Under the pieces are notes generated by a model. It did not search any database and was not told where the DNA came from. It worked only from the letters and a program-made list of their open reading frames with translations. From contig MU053559.1 of the NCBI GenBank assembly GCA_013239625.1, positions 2,338,324-2,402,323 on the forward strand: 64,000 nt of DNA. The letters run 5' to 3'. This document shows positions 25,880-38,556 of this stretch, piece after piece. A program made the position numbers and the translations under genes. Numbering within the stretch: the first letter of the stretch is position 1; each line of letters begins with the position of its first letter. This DNA is from Lama guanicoe (taxonomy: Eukaryota).

Positions 25880-26370
25880 GCCTTTAGAAAAGGAAGTGGT
25901 GACCACTAAGAACCTAGGTGGGGTCATTGGGAGCAAGCCACACTACTGTTAGACACATGAATTTGTGTCCATCATGGTGACAGTCTTCCAGACTTTACTG
26001 AACTTTGCCTCCTTCAGCACTTTAAGTCAAATACTTGGCTTGATACATATAAGACACATTTATCAAACCTGTCTATGGCCCAGAGTTTGAAGGATAGCCA
26101 AAACCAACAAACAAATTAAAAATAAAAGATTTTTGGAAACCTGATCCAAAAAAAATCAACCAAATGAAATATAATAGAGATAAATGTAAAGTAATCCATT
26201 GAGCTCTGAAAAGTGCAAGAATGAATAGATATGACTGAACAGCAGCTCATAATGAAAGACCTAGATGGGTTGGTTGGTTTGAATATTATTTAAATCAGCA
26301 GTGTGACATGATTGTCAAGAAGGCTAATTCATTATTGGGATTCATGAAGAGAAACAGGTGTCCAGAGCAA
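25880..26370 (+). mobile_element. L3/CR1 LINE remnant
   Basis: atgaaatataatagagataaatgtaaagt...aacagcagctcataatgaaagacctag...cagcagtgtgacatg resembles the CR1 ORF2 3' region. Confidence 0.75.
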
Positions 26371-26403
26371 CTGAAATAAATTCCAATTTATCAGAGGCTC
26401 TAT

Positions 26404-27055
26404 TGAGACAGGAAGAGGGCAAGGCACAGCCATTCAAGGAATGATACAGCAATTAACATCAAAATGATGGAAAATTCAACCCCCAGTAGGCCTTGAGGCT
26501 CAAGACGGTGGGAGATTTGACTTCTAGTAGACCTTGAGCTTCATTTTACGCCCATTGTAATATATTAACATGGTAAATAACATGCCTACAGGCACCATGG
26601 CAGTCCCAAGGCTAGCCACAAGAGGTCAAAGAGTGGGAAATGGCCAACTTCCTGGGAATCCCAGCCCCTTCCCTAGGCTACTTAGACTGGTCCTTCCACT
26701 CATTAGCATATGAAGCCACCAAGCCCATAAAAACTGGCAACACGTGCTCCTCGGTGCCTTGTGGCTGCCACCATTCTCTCTCTCTCTCCCTTTTCAGAGA
26801 CGGCCCGCACTCTGTCTATGGAGTGTGTACCTACTTTTACTCTAATCTGAGCACCCAACCCCCACACCTCATGGCTTTTCTCTTGCCTTTCATGTATCTC
26901 TCTAAATAAATCTACCTTTACTCAACTGTGGCTCGCTCTTGAATTCTTTCCTGCACGAAGCCAAGGACCCACACTTGGCAGGGCATGTCCCCAGGGCTCA
27001 ATCAAAGCCTGGGACATGGCCTTCCTCATGCCCCACATCTGTTTTTCCTGCATCA
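26404..27055 (+). mobile_element. MER41-like ERV1 solo LTR
   Basis: tgagacagga...catca termini, 4-bp TSD ctat/ctac, aataaa, and MER41-like motifs ctctgtctatggagt and ctcgctcttgaattctttcctgcacga. Homologous to 46947-47626. Confidence 0.85.
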
Positions 27056-27231
27056 CTACCAGAGAGAGAAAGAGAGCTCTATGAGAAATTAAATATGTGA
27101 GGTTTTTCTCTTCTTTAGAGAGAGAACTTATCAAATCATTGCAGTGTAGGCAGAAGCAAGAAACCTGCCTCAGAAGGAGTGGAGACCTTGGCATGACCTT
27201 TCTTATCATGGTAGAATTGAGTACCTCAGAA

Positions 27232-27806
27232 GGGATGGTAAATTTTAAGGGGGCCCCTATGATCCTCACCTGCCAGAATTCATACCTTTCTATAATCTTC
27301 TTCCCCTTGAATGTAGGCAGGACCTATGACTTGCCTCTAACTGATAGAATGTGGCAAAGGTGTTGAGATGTAACTTCCATGATTATATTGGGTTATATAA
27401 AATTCCATCTTGGTAGTGGATTCATCCTCCTTCTCCACTGGTGACTTTGGACAAGCAAGTTGCCCCCCTTTTTAGGGAGGCCTAGAGAGAGGGCCACATG
27501 GCAAGGAACTGTGGGAAGCCTCTAAGAGCTAAGGGCAGCCTCTAGCTGACAGCTGGCAAGAACTGAAGCCTTCAGTTCTATAACCAGAAGGGACCGAATT
27601 CTACCAACAAACCAAGTGAGCCCGGAAGTGAATCCATCCCCAGTCGAGCCTCCAGATAAGACCTGAGCTCTGGCCAGAAGCTTGATTGCAGCCTGGTAGA
27701 GGACCCAGCCACATCGTGCTCTGACTCCTAACCCACAGAAACTGTATTTTATTTTAAGCTGCTGAGTTTGTAGTAATTTGTTACTCAGCCATAGATAACT
27801 GCTACA
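27232..27806 (+). mobile_element. MLT1E/F-type MaLR solo LTR
   Basis: ccccttgaatgtaggcaggacc...ggccacatggcaaggaactg...gtaatttgttactcagccatagataactgctaca. Confidence 0.88.
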
Positions 27807-28129
27807 GGACAGAGAGCCAAGTAAGGAGGAGCCCCTACCAACCTGTGAGAGAAAAAAAGTCACTTCTGGGGAAAGAGGTGGCTTTTTAGGGAGGAAAGAG
27901 ATGGGGGTAGGGTCGTTCTGTGTCTGTGATGTGACAAATGCCTGATCACTTACAGGACCATCTCTGACCCAATCACTGTGGACACAGAAGGTGGCACTCT
28001 GATGGATTAGGCATGAATCATGTGACCACCCTGAATGTGGAGTCTCAGGGGCAAGTACCAGACCATGTTGATGCCTTTTGCCTCAGTCCACCTCTAGATA
28101 GCTTTTCAACCTTAAGTTCTTGTGGGATT

Positions 28130-28270
28130 GAAGAAACTGCCCATTAGCACACCCTGTATTGACTTTCCTCCCTTCCTTCACTCTCTTACTGATGCTTCTG
28201 TGATCACCTCCCAAATTAACCACTAGCAACCAAGTCTTTGTTTTATAGTCTGTTTTTGGAGAAGCCTGAG
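28130..28270 (+). mobile_element. ERVL-type LTR 3' fragment (LTR16/LTR33-like)
   Basis: gatcacctcccaaattaaccactagca...gtctgtttttggagaagcc. Confidence 0.5.
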
Positions 28271-28809
28271 GGTCAGTGGTGTTTCTAAGTAAAAACAGAG
28301 GAAATGTATTCAGAGCAAGACTAAATACCAGATTTCACTGCAGGAAAGTTGATTTCAGGAATTTTGCTAACTTCATTATTCTTCTTCCACAGGGAATATT
28401 GGCATCAGTATCCTCTACTTCTAACTTTAGCCATTCCTCTTACTGTACAAGGCTGCTGACAACTGGAGAGACCAAGTTGGAGTGTGGGGTAGATTGGAGA
28501 AAGCCCATTCTTTCCCACCCCCTCAAAAAAATCCCATCAAAATATGGGTTTAGTCTACAGTGACTTAATGGTTGTCAGCTCTTTATCCCTAAAGGTAAAT
28601 TTTTCAAACTGGTAGCTCTCTGTAATTGAGGGAAAATTGAACAAAGCATGAAGAAAATCATTTTACATACATACAGAGTATCTTATTTTGATACCAGTAA
28701 CAATATTCCGACAATATGTTCATGTTTCATTGCTTTGTAAAGTAGTCCAGGGAGATCTAGAACTCAATACTCTGAAATTTATATTGTTCATCTCTAAGCA
28801 TGTCATGAT

Positions 28810-29288
28810 GGAGATAATATCCATTCTTGCCTTCTTAATTACCAGAACCCTGTATTAATGGACACAACAAAGTGTCTGGCTAAAAACTATTATCTCTTAC
28901 AGATAGGGGCAGCCAATGTGATGTAAGTAGAACTCTTGTCTGGTACTCCGGGGAAGGGTCCTTAGAGGGTGCTGATTTAATTGGGAAATATTATCCCCAC
29001 CCCACCCCTGCCCTTTCCCCTTTCTTCCTTTTTGATGCCATAGATTGTTGGAGCTCTAGAGCCATCTTGGATGATGAAACAGTCTTGAAAACGGAAGCCA
29101 TGTGCTAGGATGGAGGAACAGAGACAGCAAAGGGACTGCAGTCTCTGACATCTGTAGATCTGCCATTTCAGCTCTAGACAGCTTATCATCACAGTTATTT
29201 TATGTGGAAAAGAAATTTTTAGTGTGTGTAAGACGCTGTTATATGGCTTTTATGTTGCATTCAGTCAAACCTAATCCTAGCTGATACA
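28810..29288 (+). mobile_element. MLT1J-type MaLR LTR
   Basis: ggagctctagagccatcttggatgatga...ggatggaggaacagagacag...aacctaatcctagctgataca. Confidence 0.75.
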
Positions 29289-29526
29289 CATACCCACACA
29301 TAAAATCAGAAAACACATTGAAAGGCTTACTCAAAATTATCTAGGAGGGAGATGGTTAATTACTATGAGCAATGTGTATGCTTGTGTAATGCGAGTATAG
29401 TTCCATAGTAAAAATAGTTATGGTTTGCATAAATGCATCCACAAATATGATGATCCACCAAGATGAAACACTGGTGTTTGGGACTATGGTAGAATTCAAC
29501 AAGAGAAAATTCAGAATGGGAAACTC

Positions 29527-29901
29527 TTAAGGACTGTTTGTGTGCCCCCCTCAATTCATATATTGAAGCCTTATCTCCCCCCTTAATGTGATGGGATTAG
29601 GAGGTAGGTAGTAGGAGGGGGATAATTAGGTTTAGCTAGGGTCATAAGGGTGGGGTCCTCATGATGAGATTCGTGCCTTTATAAGAAGAAACCAGTGAGC
29701 TAGTTCTCTCCCTCTCCGCCATGGGAGAATACAGCAAGAAAGCAGCCATTAGCAAGCCAGGAAGGGACTCTCCCAGGTACTGAATCTGCCAGCACATTTA
29801 TCTTGAATTTCCCAGCCTCCAGAACTGTGAGAAGACAAATGTCTGCTGTTTAAGCCACCTAGTCCATGGTATTTCATCATAGCAACCTGAGTTATAAGAC
29901 A
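29527..29901 (+). mobile_element. MLT1A-type MaLR solo LTR
   Basis: tgtttgtgtgcccccctcaattcatatattgaagcc...cccagcctccagaactgtgaga...taagaca. Confidence 0.88.
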
Positions 29902-30099
29902 AAAATACATGAGCTTTCAATTTTTTATCCCACTTGAATATCTTAGACTCATAGCTATTCTATGGCTTGAAGGAAACTTATTAAGCATTTGCTTTAATTC
30001 ACTTACTTTAGAAATAAGGAAACCAAAGTTGTCCCCTATGGTCAGCCTGTCACCAAGTTGTTCAGATCTTTCTTTGAAATATGATAGATTTATCTCCTC

Positions 30100-30320
30100 T
30101 TCTTTATGCCTACTCCTAACATATCAAAACAGCTCTCACCACTTCACTTCCTGAACTTCAATCACTGCCTCACAGGATCTCCCTGTCTATAGTCTCCCCT
30201 TCCTTCAGTTAATTCTACGCAACTCTACTGTGAGAACAATCCTCACAAAACCCTATTTTTAGAGCACTTCCAATGGTCCCCCAATGGTCTAGCCCATCAA
30301 CTATAGTCAGTCATACTTTA
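30100..30320 (+). mobile_element. L2 fragment
   Basis: caccacttcacttcctgaacttcaatcactgcctcacaggatctccctg. Confidence 0.55.
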
Positions 30321-30993
30321 CCCTAGTTCTAAATTTGACCCGTTCATGTTTGTGCCCAGAGGAGGCATTTACATCAATCTTTACTACCTCAGTAGGCTCA
30401 TTCATTAGCCTCAGTGATGGACCCAGCAGATTTCACTGCCTTTTGTATGCGCCGGCATTATTTTGATTTGCTGGTGCCAAACTTCTAGCTAGTTCTAAAA
30501 GAGGATCACAGTTGTTGGGAAGCTTTGTTTAATGGAGGATCGGGTACTTCAGCTGGCTCTGGGTGACTGGGACCAGGTGGTGGACAAGCAGGAGCAGGTT
30601 GAGGCAGGAAGAAAGGGCGAAGAACACCGGCAATGTATGCATGGATGGCCAGTTCCAGGGGAAAATGGGATTCGCTACGCTAGTCTTTGATCACGCTTTG
30701 TCTACCAGGTGCTTTTTCCTCCTCTCTGCCAATTCAAATTCTCTGAGATCCACCAAGATGAAAGAAAGTCAAGTCCCACGCCTCTCTCCAGGAAGACTGC
30801 TTCAGTTACCTAGCTCTTCTATTTCTTTCCTTTTCACATCATCGTTTGACAGTTGGAGCCATTGGACTCGGGATACCTTCCAGTTTTCATTTTATTACAT
30901 AGACTTGTTTGGTAGTATTATTGTTTGAGATATGCAAAGCCCATTTTACCCAAATAACGTTTAAGTTTCTGAGGACTGGTAGTGTATTGTTAT

Positions 30994-31020
30994 ACACACA
31001 CACACACACACATATATATA
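30994..31020. repeat. (AC)n(AT)n microsatellite
   Basis: Directly visible. Confidence 0.9.
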
Positions 31021-31784
31021 GTCACAAGGGGGCTTAGCATATAGTAAGTGCCAAAGAGACTGATGGAAATTATCTGAATGTAGACAAGGTATATTTAACT
31101 TACACAAATATATACAGGTAAGAAAATTCTCTTCAACATAACAAATATTCTCTTCAATATAATAAGAGGAAATTTGACATGTGAAATACTTTATTAATAA
31201 AATTGAACATTCTGTAGATATTGAAAATATAAGCACCCAAATTCTTTAGCTGGGCAGAAATGATAGTCAACATTTTTTTTCACTGATAGATTGGCAAGGA
31301 CTTAGGGACACTGGTCACACAAGACTTCTCTTTCATGAAAATGTACTGTAAATACATGAGCAGAGCCATTTCAATCTGATGGTTAATCAGAACATGAAAA
31401 TAGCCTTGTTATGTAATTTTGACAGTTCATTAGAATGAGATTCTTCCCATAATACTCCATTTTATAACATCGACAATAGCACATCTTCTTTGCATTATTT
31501 CCTACAACATCTGTGAAAGCATATTCCATGGACTGACGTTAATGGGTTTTACATTAAAAAAAAAAGGTTCCCAAGTCAAACAAGTTTGAGAAAGTCAAAC
31601 AGATATTTCAGTGCCTTTTACATATTAAGCGTGCATTTCAATTCTCCAAAAAAGAAATATGTTATGCAAAGTTTCCCAAAATACTTCAAACCGTAGATTT
31701 GGGGGGAGCAGAGCTTCCGAGGAACAAATATGGGGAAGCACGAATTGATAGATTGCATAGAGGCTGCACAATAAAATGAGCGGA

Positions 31785-31914
31785 ATTCTCCACTTGGAGT
31801 CATACTACCTGGATTTGTGCTCCATATCCCTTACTTCCTTTCTTACTTACTGTATAATCCCAAACACTTTACTTACTTTTCTGAGTCTCATTCTCCTCAC
31901 CTATGAAAAGGGAG
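31785..31914 (+). mobile_element. MIR SINE fragment
   Basis: ttacttacttttctgagtctcattctcctcacctatgaaaaggg. Confidence 0.7.
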
Positions 31915-32567
31915 TGTGGTACTTTGTTTCCACAATAGCCACTATCAATTGTTTCCTTCCCTGTATGCATCAGCTATTCTTCCATGAAGAGGCGTAATCT
32001 CCACGCCCTGGAATCTGGGATGGTCCTGTGACTCACTTTTGGCTAATAGAATATGGTGGAAAAGTACACTGGGTGACTTCCAAGCCTAGGTCATAAGAAG
32101 CCTTGCTGCTTTCACCTGGTCTCTTGGAACACTCACGCTGGCTGATGTGTAAAAAAAAGTTTAACTAGCCTGAGATCACTGTGGTGTTGGGTCTGTATGG
32201 AGAGAGAGCACGAGAGAGATACCTTGACAAATCCAGGTGTTCCCACTATCCAAAAACAGACCCCAGACATAGAAGTGATGAAGTCACCTTAGACATTCCA
32301 GCTCCAGCAAATTCCACAGTAGGTCCTGTGGAAAAGAATCAAGGAAACTAACCAACAGCTAGAGCCATGTTCCCAGACTTATGGCCCCAGAAGAGCCACA
32401 GCCTTCCAGTCTGCTCTAGCTAAGACCTTAGTTATGGTGGAGCATAGATGAGTTAGCACCAGTATACCCTGTGTGAATTCCCGACCCACAAATTTGTCAG
32501 ACTAATCCAATTGTTGTTTTGCAACGGTAATTAGAGTAATTGGTTATACAGCAATGGTAACCGGACA
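31915..32567 (+). mobile_element. MLT1G/H-type MaLR solo LTR
   Basis: tgtggt...ccctggaatctgggatggtcctgtgactcac...gacttccaagcctaggtcataagaagcc...ggttatacagcaatggtaaccggaca. Confidence 0.8.
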
Positions 32568-32789
32568 GGTTCAGTGACATAAAGATACTTGGGATAAAAT
32601 GCGTGCTCACTAATATGGACTTCTTTCCTTTTTCCCTCAAAGACTTCTCTTATGTGGCATACATGCCCAAGATTGCTTCCTTATTGTGGGTTGAATATCT
32701 GGGTGAAGGAAGGTCTATTTTAAGAATGTTCAACACTCAGTCATTCTAAATAAGGACTGCTCATTGTCCTCGTCTACTTCCTGTATATT

Positions 32790-33307
32790 TGTAGTGATTT
32801 CAGAATACACCTGCAAATCTTTCGACTCTCACCTTGAGAGATTGGGTCTATGTCCCCTTCCCTTGAAAATAGCTGGGATTTTGTGACTGGTTCGACACAG
32901 AGGATGGCAGAATTAATGTTATACGACTTTCAAGGCTAGGTCATAAAAGGCAATATTTGCAACCAGCAATTTTGACCTTATGAGCTGGAATATTTGCTCT
33001 TGAAGCTTTCAGCAACCATTAAGCAGTCTGATAGTTCCAAAGAAGCCCAAACTAGCCCATGTGGAGAGACTACACGGAAAGGCCCAGAGACTCCATGAAG
33101 AAAGGGAGTTGCTTGAGCAGCCCTCGGTTCAAACCCTGCCATTCTAACCCCTGTCTGACTGCAATCTCATGAAAGATCCCGGGCCAGAACCACCCAGACT
33201 AGCTCTTCCCTAAATTCCTGGTGCGCAGAAACCATAAGCGATAATAAAATAATTGTTCTTCTAAGCCACCACTTTTGTGGTGATGTAGGGTGATAGCTAA
33301 TTGAAAC
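32790..33307 (+). mobile_element. MLT1 (F/G/H-type) MaLR solo LTR
   Basis: tgtagtg...ctatgtccccttcccttgaa...agaagcccaaactagcccatgtggagagac...aaattcctgg...taagccacc. Confidence 0.8.
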
Positions 33308-33561
33308 TCTATTTGTTCAAATATATGAGTGAAGTATTAGACTGTGTTAGGTTAGGATCACCAGGCAGTGCCCTTTCTTTTTTTTTTTGGTGTGATTCTT
33401 TTAAATGGGGGGGCTTTTAATTTCTAATCTTTCAAATATCTGTGGACTTAAATGATAAATGTACTTAGAATGCTTCTACTTGTTAAGCTAACTACAGTTG
33501 CAAAAACAATTCCTACTGATGAGATAGAAAGTTAAAGTGCATAATTTCAATTTCAATTTTC

Positions 33562-33815
33562 TTTCTTTTTAAATTGTATTTTTTTTATGGAAGTGTAGTT
33601 GATTTACAATGTTAGTTTCAGGTGTACAGCTAAGCAATTCAGTTATATGTATATATTTTTCAGATTCTTTTTCATTATAGGTTATTATAAGAGACTGAAT
33701 ATAGTTCTCTGTGCTATACTGTAGGTCCTGTTGTTTATCTATTTTATATATAGTAATGTGTATCTGTTAATCCCAAACTCCCGTTTTATCTCTCCTCACC
33801 TTTTCCCTTTGGTCT
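33562..33815 (-). mobile_element. L1 3' tail (artiodactyl-type)
   Basis: T-rich start, gaagtgtagttgatttacaatgtt. 12-bp TSD atttcaattttc at 33550-33561 and 33816-33827. Confidence 0.88.
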
Positions 33816-34065
33816 ATTTCAATTTTCAAACACTCAATCATTATTATATTTTCCTGTGGGTGCATCCTTCCCCTGGGTATTAAGACTTTTAGCGGAGCAG
33901 AGTCCAGAGTTGGTGGAAACAAGAAAAAAAAATACTTGAAGATGGTGCTACTCACACTTCTTTGATTCTTATCCAGGAGAAGATGAATAAAAATGCTATT
34001 TTTACCCCTCTCTGTGCCATCTATTATGTTTACTCTGTATGGCTAGTCAGAAGTGAATATCTTGG

Positions 34066-34236
34066 GGTAGGGGGAGGGCATAGCTCAAGTGGTAGAGCGC
34101 ATGCTTAGTGTGCATGAAGTCCTGGGTTCAATCCCCAGTACCTCCTCTTAAAATAAACAAACCTAATTTACCTCCCCAACCCTGTCAAAAAATAAAAAAA
34201 AGTAATACAATAAAAAAGTAAATTGAAAATAAAAAA
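34066..34236 (+). mobile_element. vic-1-type camelid SINE
   Basis: ggggagggcatagctcaagtggtagagcgc...ggttcaatcccc. Perfect 17-bp TSD agaagtgaatatcttgg at 34049-34065 and 34237-34253. Confidence 0.93.
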
Positions 34237-35021
34237 AGAAGTGAATATCTTGGAGTGGAAGAAATTTCAAGGGAAGTTGGACAAGCACTTAAAGGCCAAT
34301 CTAACACAGGTCCCGCCTCATACTATCACAGTGAAACCTGCATAGTTTCCCTGTTACACTAACCACAGGTTAATTTTGCATGAGCCTCAAATCCACAGCC
34401 TTTCAAAAGCCCAGTTTTCCAATTGCTCCCGAGCTTGACTTCCAAATGTTTGTGTCTGCTCTGCACATGGTTGTAAGTGAAAAGACTGGTCAGCTTCTTC
34501 ACCTGTTCTCACATCAAATCATCTCACAACTAAGATTACTGAGAGCGAGTTCAGCCGCTTTGCTGTAGGTCTTTAAGGCCATAGAGAGTTGTTAAATCAT
34601 GGAGTAGAGGGCCTCCTTTCACTCTGTTGGCTCTCACCTTTTTTCTCCTTATGTCTCATCATCTACTTCCCTTTTCACATCTTGGTTTCTTACAATTCTC
34701 ATCCAAGAACTCTTTTGGATTTTAATTTTTGAAAAGTATATTTAAATAACTAACTGAGCTAAAGTGGCATTTAGACAGAAATATATATATAGCCTTAAAT
34801 GCTTAACCTAAAAAAGAAGAAAAAAACAATTAAAGGGATAAGTATTCAACTTAAGAGAAGGTTTATAAAACTTAGAGCGCATTCTTTGAAAAGACTAAGG
34901 TATCTACAAATTTATGGGAGGATTGAACAAGGAAAAAAGAAACTAGAGACACAATGACACTAACGATGACAAATGATACAGATATTACAAAGATCGTTGT
35001 ATTGTTATAAAGAACTTTGTC

Positions 35022-35216
35022 ATTGTAGAATAGATAAACAAGAGTATACTGTATAGCACAGGGAAATATATACAAGATCTTGTGGTAGCTCACAGTGAAA
35101 AAAATGTGACAATGAATATATGTATGTTCATGTATAACTGAAAAATTGTGCTCTACCCTGGAATTTGACACAACATTGTAAAATGATTATAAATCAATAA
35201 AAAATGTTAAAAAATG
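35022..35216 (+). mobile_element. Young L1 3' tail
   Basis: 12-bp TSD aagaactttgtc at 35010-35021 and 35217-35228. Confidence 0.92.
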
Positions 35217-35336
35217 AAGAACTTTGTCCATATATTTAAAAATTTAGGTAAATATTCAAATTCCTAGGAAAATATAATTAGTAAAGTTGACTCAAGAGGA
35301 AATAAAATGCCTAAATTAGTGGTTTAAAATACTCCT

Positions 35337-35554
35337 TTTAGAATAGATAAACAAGATTATACTGTATAGCACAGGGAAATAAATACAAGATCTTGTGGTA
35401 GCTCACAGTGAAAAAAAATGTGACAATGAATATATGTACATTCATGTATAACTGAAAAATTGTGCTCTACACTGGAATTGGACACAGCATTGTAAAATGA
35501 CTATAACTCAATTAAAAATGTTAAAAAAAAATGAATGAACTGAAAAAAATAAAA
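35337..35554 (+). mobile_element. Young L1 3' tail
   Basis: 12-bp TSD taaaatactcct at 35325-35336 and 35555-35566. Confidence 0.92.
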
Positions 35555-36324
35555 TAAAATACTCCTCTCACAAAGAAAACACAAGCACAACACAATTTTA
35601 CAGGTTATTTTTTATAAACATACAAAGAACAAGTACATTTATATAACCAATTCCAGAGGGAAATTCCCCAGCTCTTTTCATGAGACCAGCATTAGCTTTA
35701 TATCAAAACCTGCCTCTGACTACATGAAAAAGGAGAACTATAGAGCTATGTCACTGATTAATATAGATGCAAAATCTCAAATAAAACACTATCAAATAAA
35801 ACACTGTAATGTGTAATAAAGATAATGCATCATGACCAAATTGGGTTTATCCCAGCAATGCAAGATTGGATTAAATAGAAAATCTGATGAAATTTTCACA
35901 TTAACAAATTAAATTAAAAATTTTATAATCATCTGAATATATGCAAAAATTATTTAATGAAATATAAAATCATTCCTGATTTTAAAATTACTAAACTAAG
36001 AGTGTAAAGGAACTCCATTAATCCAAGACAGGATATCTAAAAAATTTAGAGCAAAATTCATACGTAATGTAAGAATGTTGAAAGTGCATTCTTAAAAAGC
36101 AGGTACTAGACAAGAGTCTCTGTTATCAGCACTTCTCTGTTTAGAATTGTCATAATGAGCACAGTAAAGAAAGTAAGGACTCAAAAAGAAGAAAGAGAAA
36201 ACTTTTATTTCTCAGATATGAGATTATTGTCTCTATAGGAAATCTAATATATCAGAATTTATAGACAAATTAGCAAGATGCCAGAAAGAAAAATTAGTAT
36301 TCAAGAACAAACTGCACTCTACAG

Positions 36325-37820
36325 TAATTTGTCAATGGGTACACAATATGAAAAGATGTAAATTTTCACATAAAAATGTAAAATGAGGGGAAGTAAAAGT
36401 ATGGAGTTTTGTATGTGATCCAAGTTATTAAAGCTGTTATATTTATAAGATTTTTATATAAAGGAACCAAAAAAGAAAAACCTACAGTAGACACACAAAA
36501 GATAAAGAGAGGGGAATCAAAACATATCACTACAGAAAATCATCAATTCACAATGGCAGACATGAAAAGAGGAAGAAAAGATTAAGAATTACAAAACAAC
36601 CAGAAAACAATTAATAAGATGGCATTAGTAAGTCCTTACCTATGAATAAATCACTCTAAATATAAATGGATTAAATTTTCCAAATAAAAGACATAGAGTG
36701 ATCAAATGGAAAAAATAAACCAAAACCCAACTCTATACTGCCTACAAGAGAATAGCTTCAGCTTTACAACACATATAGGCTGAAATTAAAGGAAAGGGAA
36801 AAGATATTCCATACAAATGGAAACTACAAGAGAGCAGGGGTAAGTATATTTGTATCAGACAAAAGAGGTTTTTGTCAAAAGCTATAGCAATAGACAAAGA
36901 AGGTCATTACATAATGATAAAGTGATAAATTCACCAAGAGGATATAACAATTACAAATATATATAGACACCCAACATTGAAGTACCTAAATATATTAAGC
37001 AAATATTAACATATCTGAAAAGAGAAATAGACAGTAATGCAATATAGTAGGGGACTTCAATACCCCACTTTCAACAACAAATGGATCATATAGAGAGAAA
37101 ATCAATACAAAAACACTGGACTTGAACTATACTTAGGCTGAAGGAACTAACAGACATATACAGAACCTTCCAACCAATAGCAGCAAAATATACATTCTTC
37201 TCAAGAGCACATGGAATCATTCTCCAAAATAGATCATATGTTACATCACAAAACAAAGTCTCAGCAAATTTAAGAAGATTGAAATCATATCAAGTATCTT
37301 TTCTGACCACAATGGTATGAAGCTAGAAATCAGTAACAGGAGGAAAAGTGGACAATTCACAGAGGTGTGGACATTAAACAACAAATTCCACAACAACCAA
37401 TGGATCAAAGAAGAAGTCAAAAGGGAAATTTAAACAGTGTTGAAACAAATGAATATGGAAACAAAACATACCTACACTTAATAGGATGTAGTAAAAGCAG
37501 CTTTAAGAGGGAAGTTTTTAGTGATAAAAACCTATGTTAAGAAAAAAAGAAAGATTTCAAATAAATAACCTAACTTTATACCTCAAGGAACTAGAAAAAG
37601 AAAAATAAGCCCAAAGTTAGCAGCAAGAAGGAAATAACAAAGCTAGTAGCAGAAATAAATGAGATAGAGACTGGAAAACCAATTTTAAAAGATTAACAAA
37701 ACTAAGAGCTGGGTTTTTTTTTCTAAAGATAAACAAAATTGACAAACTTCTAGCTGGACTAAGAAACAAAAGAAAGAGGACTCAAATATAGAAAATCATA
37801 AATGAAAGAGGAGCCAGCAA
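36325..37820 (+). mobile_element. L1 inter-ORF region and ORF2 endonuclease domain remnant
   Basis: atggcattagtaagtccttaccta...aatggattaaat, tgcctacaagag (CLQE), gtaggggacttcaataccccact (VGDFNTP), tctgaccacaatgg (SDHN). Multiple frameshifts. Confidence 0.92.
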
Positions 37821-38329
37821 CTGGAACAAACATATATATCTACAATTCACCAAATCAAGTGTTTTCACATCATTACTTTGTTGTTATAAATTTGCATTAT
37901 ATTAAGAATTATTTTAGAAATGAAGGCAGAAGCAATGTAGTAAGAAGTCAGCATCTGTCAAGTCAGTTGGGATCACTGGTTGGGCTGAGGACCTAGAAAA
38001 GGACAATCATCACTGTGAAAAGAAATCTTAACCTCTTGTTCTTTAGCAATCTCCTAGGCTATTCCCTGAAATAGCTACCCAAACCCAGTCCTGATACTCA
38101 CATCTCTTGCCACCAAACTGTGACAAACCCAGACCAGAACCCAAAATCGCAAATCCCATTTGAGGACACCTCATTCTTTTGAACCCACAACTTTTACAAC
38201 CTTGGAACTCTTGCCACTGACCACTCTCTTTATCAATAATACCACTTTTATCTCCACCATCAGGCCAAGATTTCTTAAAGTTTCTACCTTGTAGATTTCC
38301 TCATTCAAGCACTTCTATTAATTCTGACA

Positions 38330-38517
38330 CTGTTGAATTTTAACTAACTCTTGAAACGCTCTCTTCCAGACATCATGTACCCATAGTTTTCTTCCTACTT
38401 CTATGTAGGAGATGCATCCTCCTCTACAAGCCCATTAAGAGTTTCTCAAGACACAGTTTGTCTGAGGCCCCTTTGTCTTCTCTCTATATAACTCTTCCTG
38501 TGAGGCAAACTCATTCG
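38330..38517 (+). mobile_element. L2 fragment; continues at 39780-40500
   Basis: tcttgaaacgctctcttcc...ttttcttcctacttct...gtcttctctctatata. Confidence 0.6.
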
Positions 38518-38556
38518 CAAACACAGCTGATTATTTATTTATTTTAAAATTTATTT

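Larger units (their letters stand above)
34735..36320 (+). mobile_element. Highly decayed old L1 ORF2 (L1ME-type), interrupted by two young tails
   Basis: catgaccaaattgggtttatcccagcaatgcaagattgg encodes HDQIGFIPAMQDW, an L1 RT motif. Confidence 0.8.

Noticed and set aside
27984..27999. CTCF-like motif acagaaggtggcac
   Set aside because: Two core mismatches, too weak to call.
34066..34145. tRNA-Ala genes (also at 2.8, 24.1, 44.8 and 61.8 kb)
   Set aside because: They have SINE tails, TSDs and stem-breaking substitutions, so they are retroposed copies.
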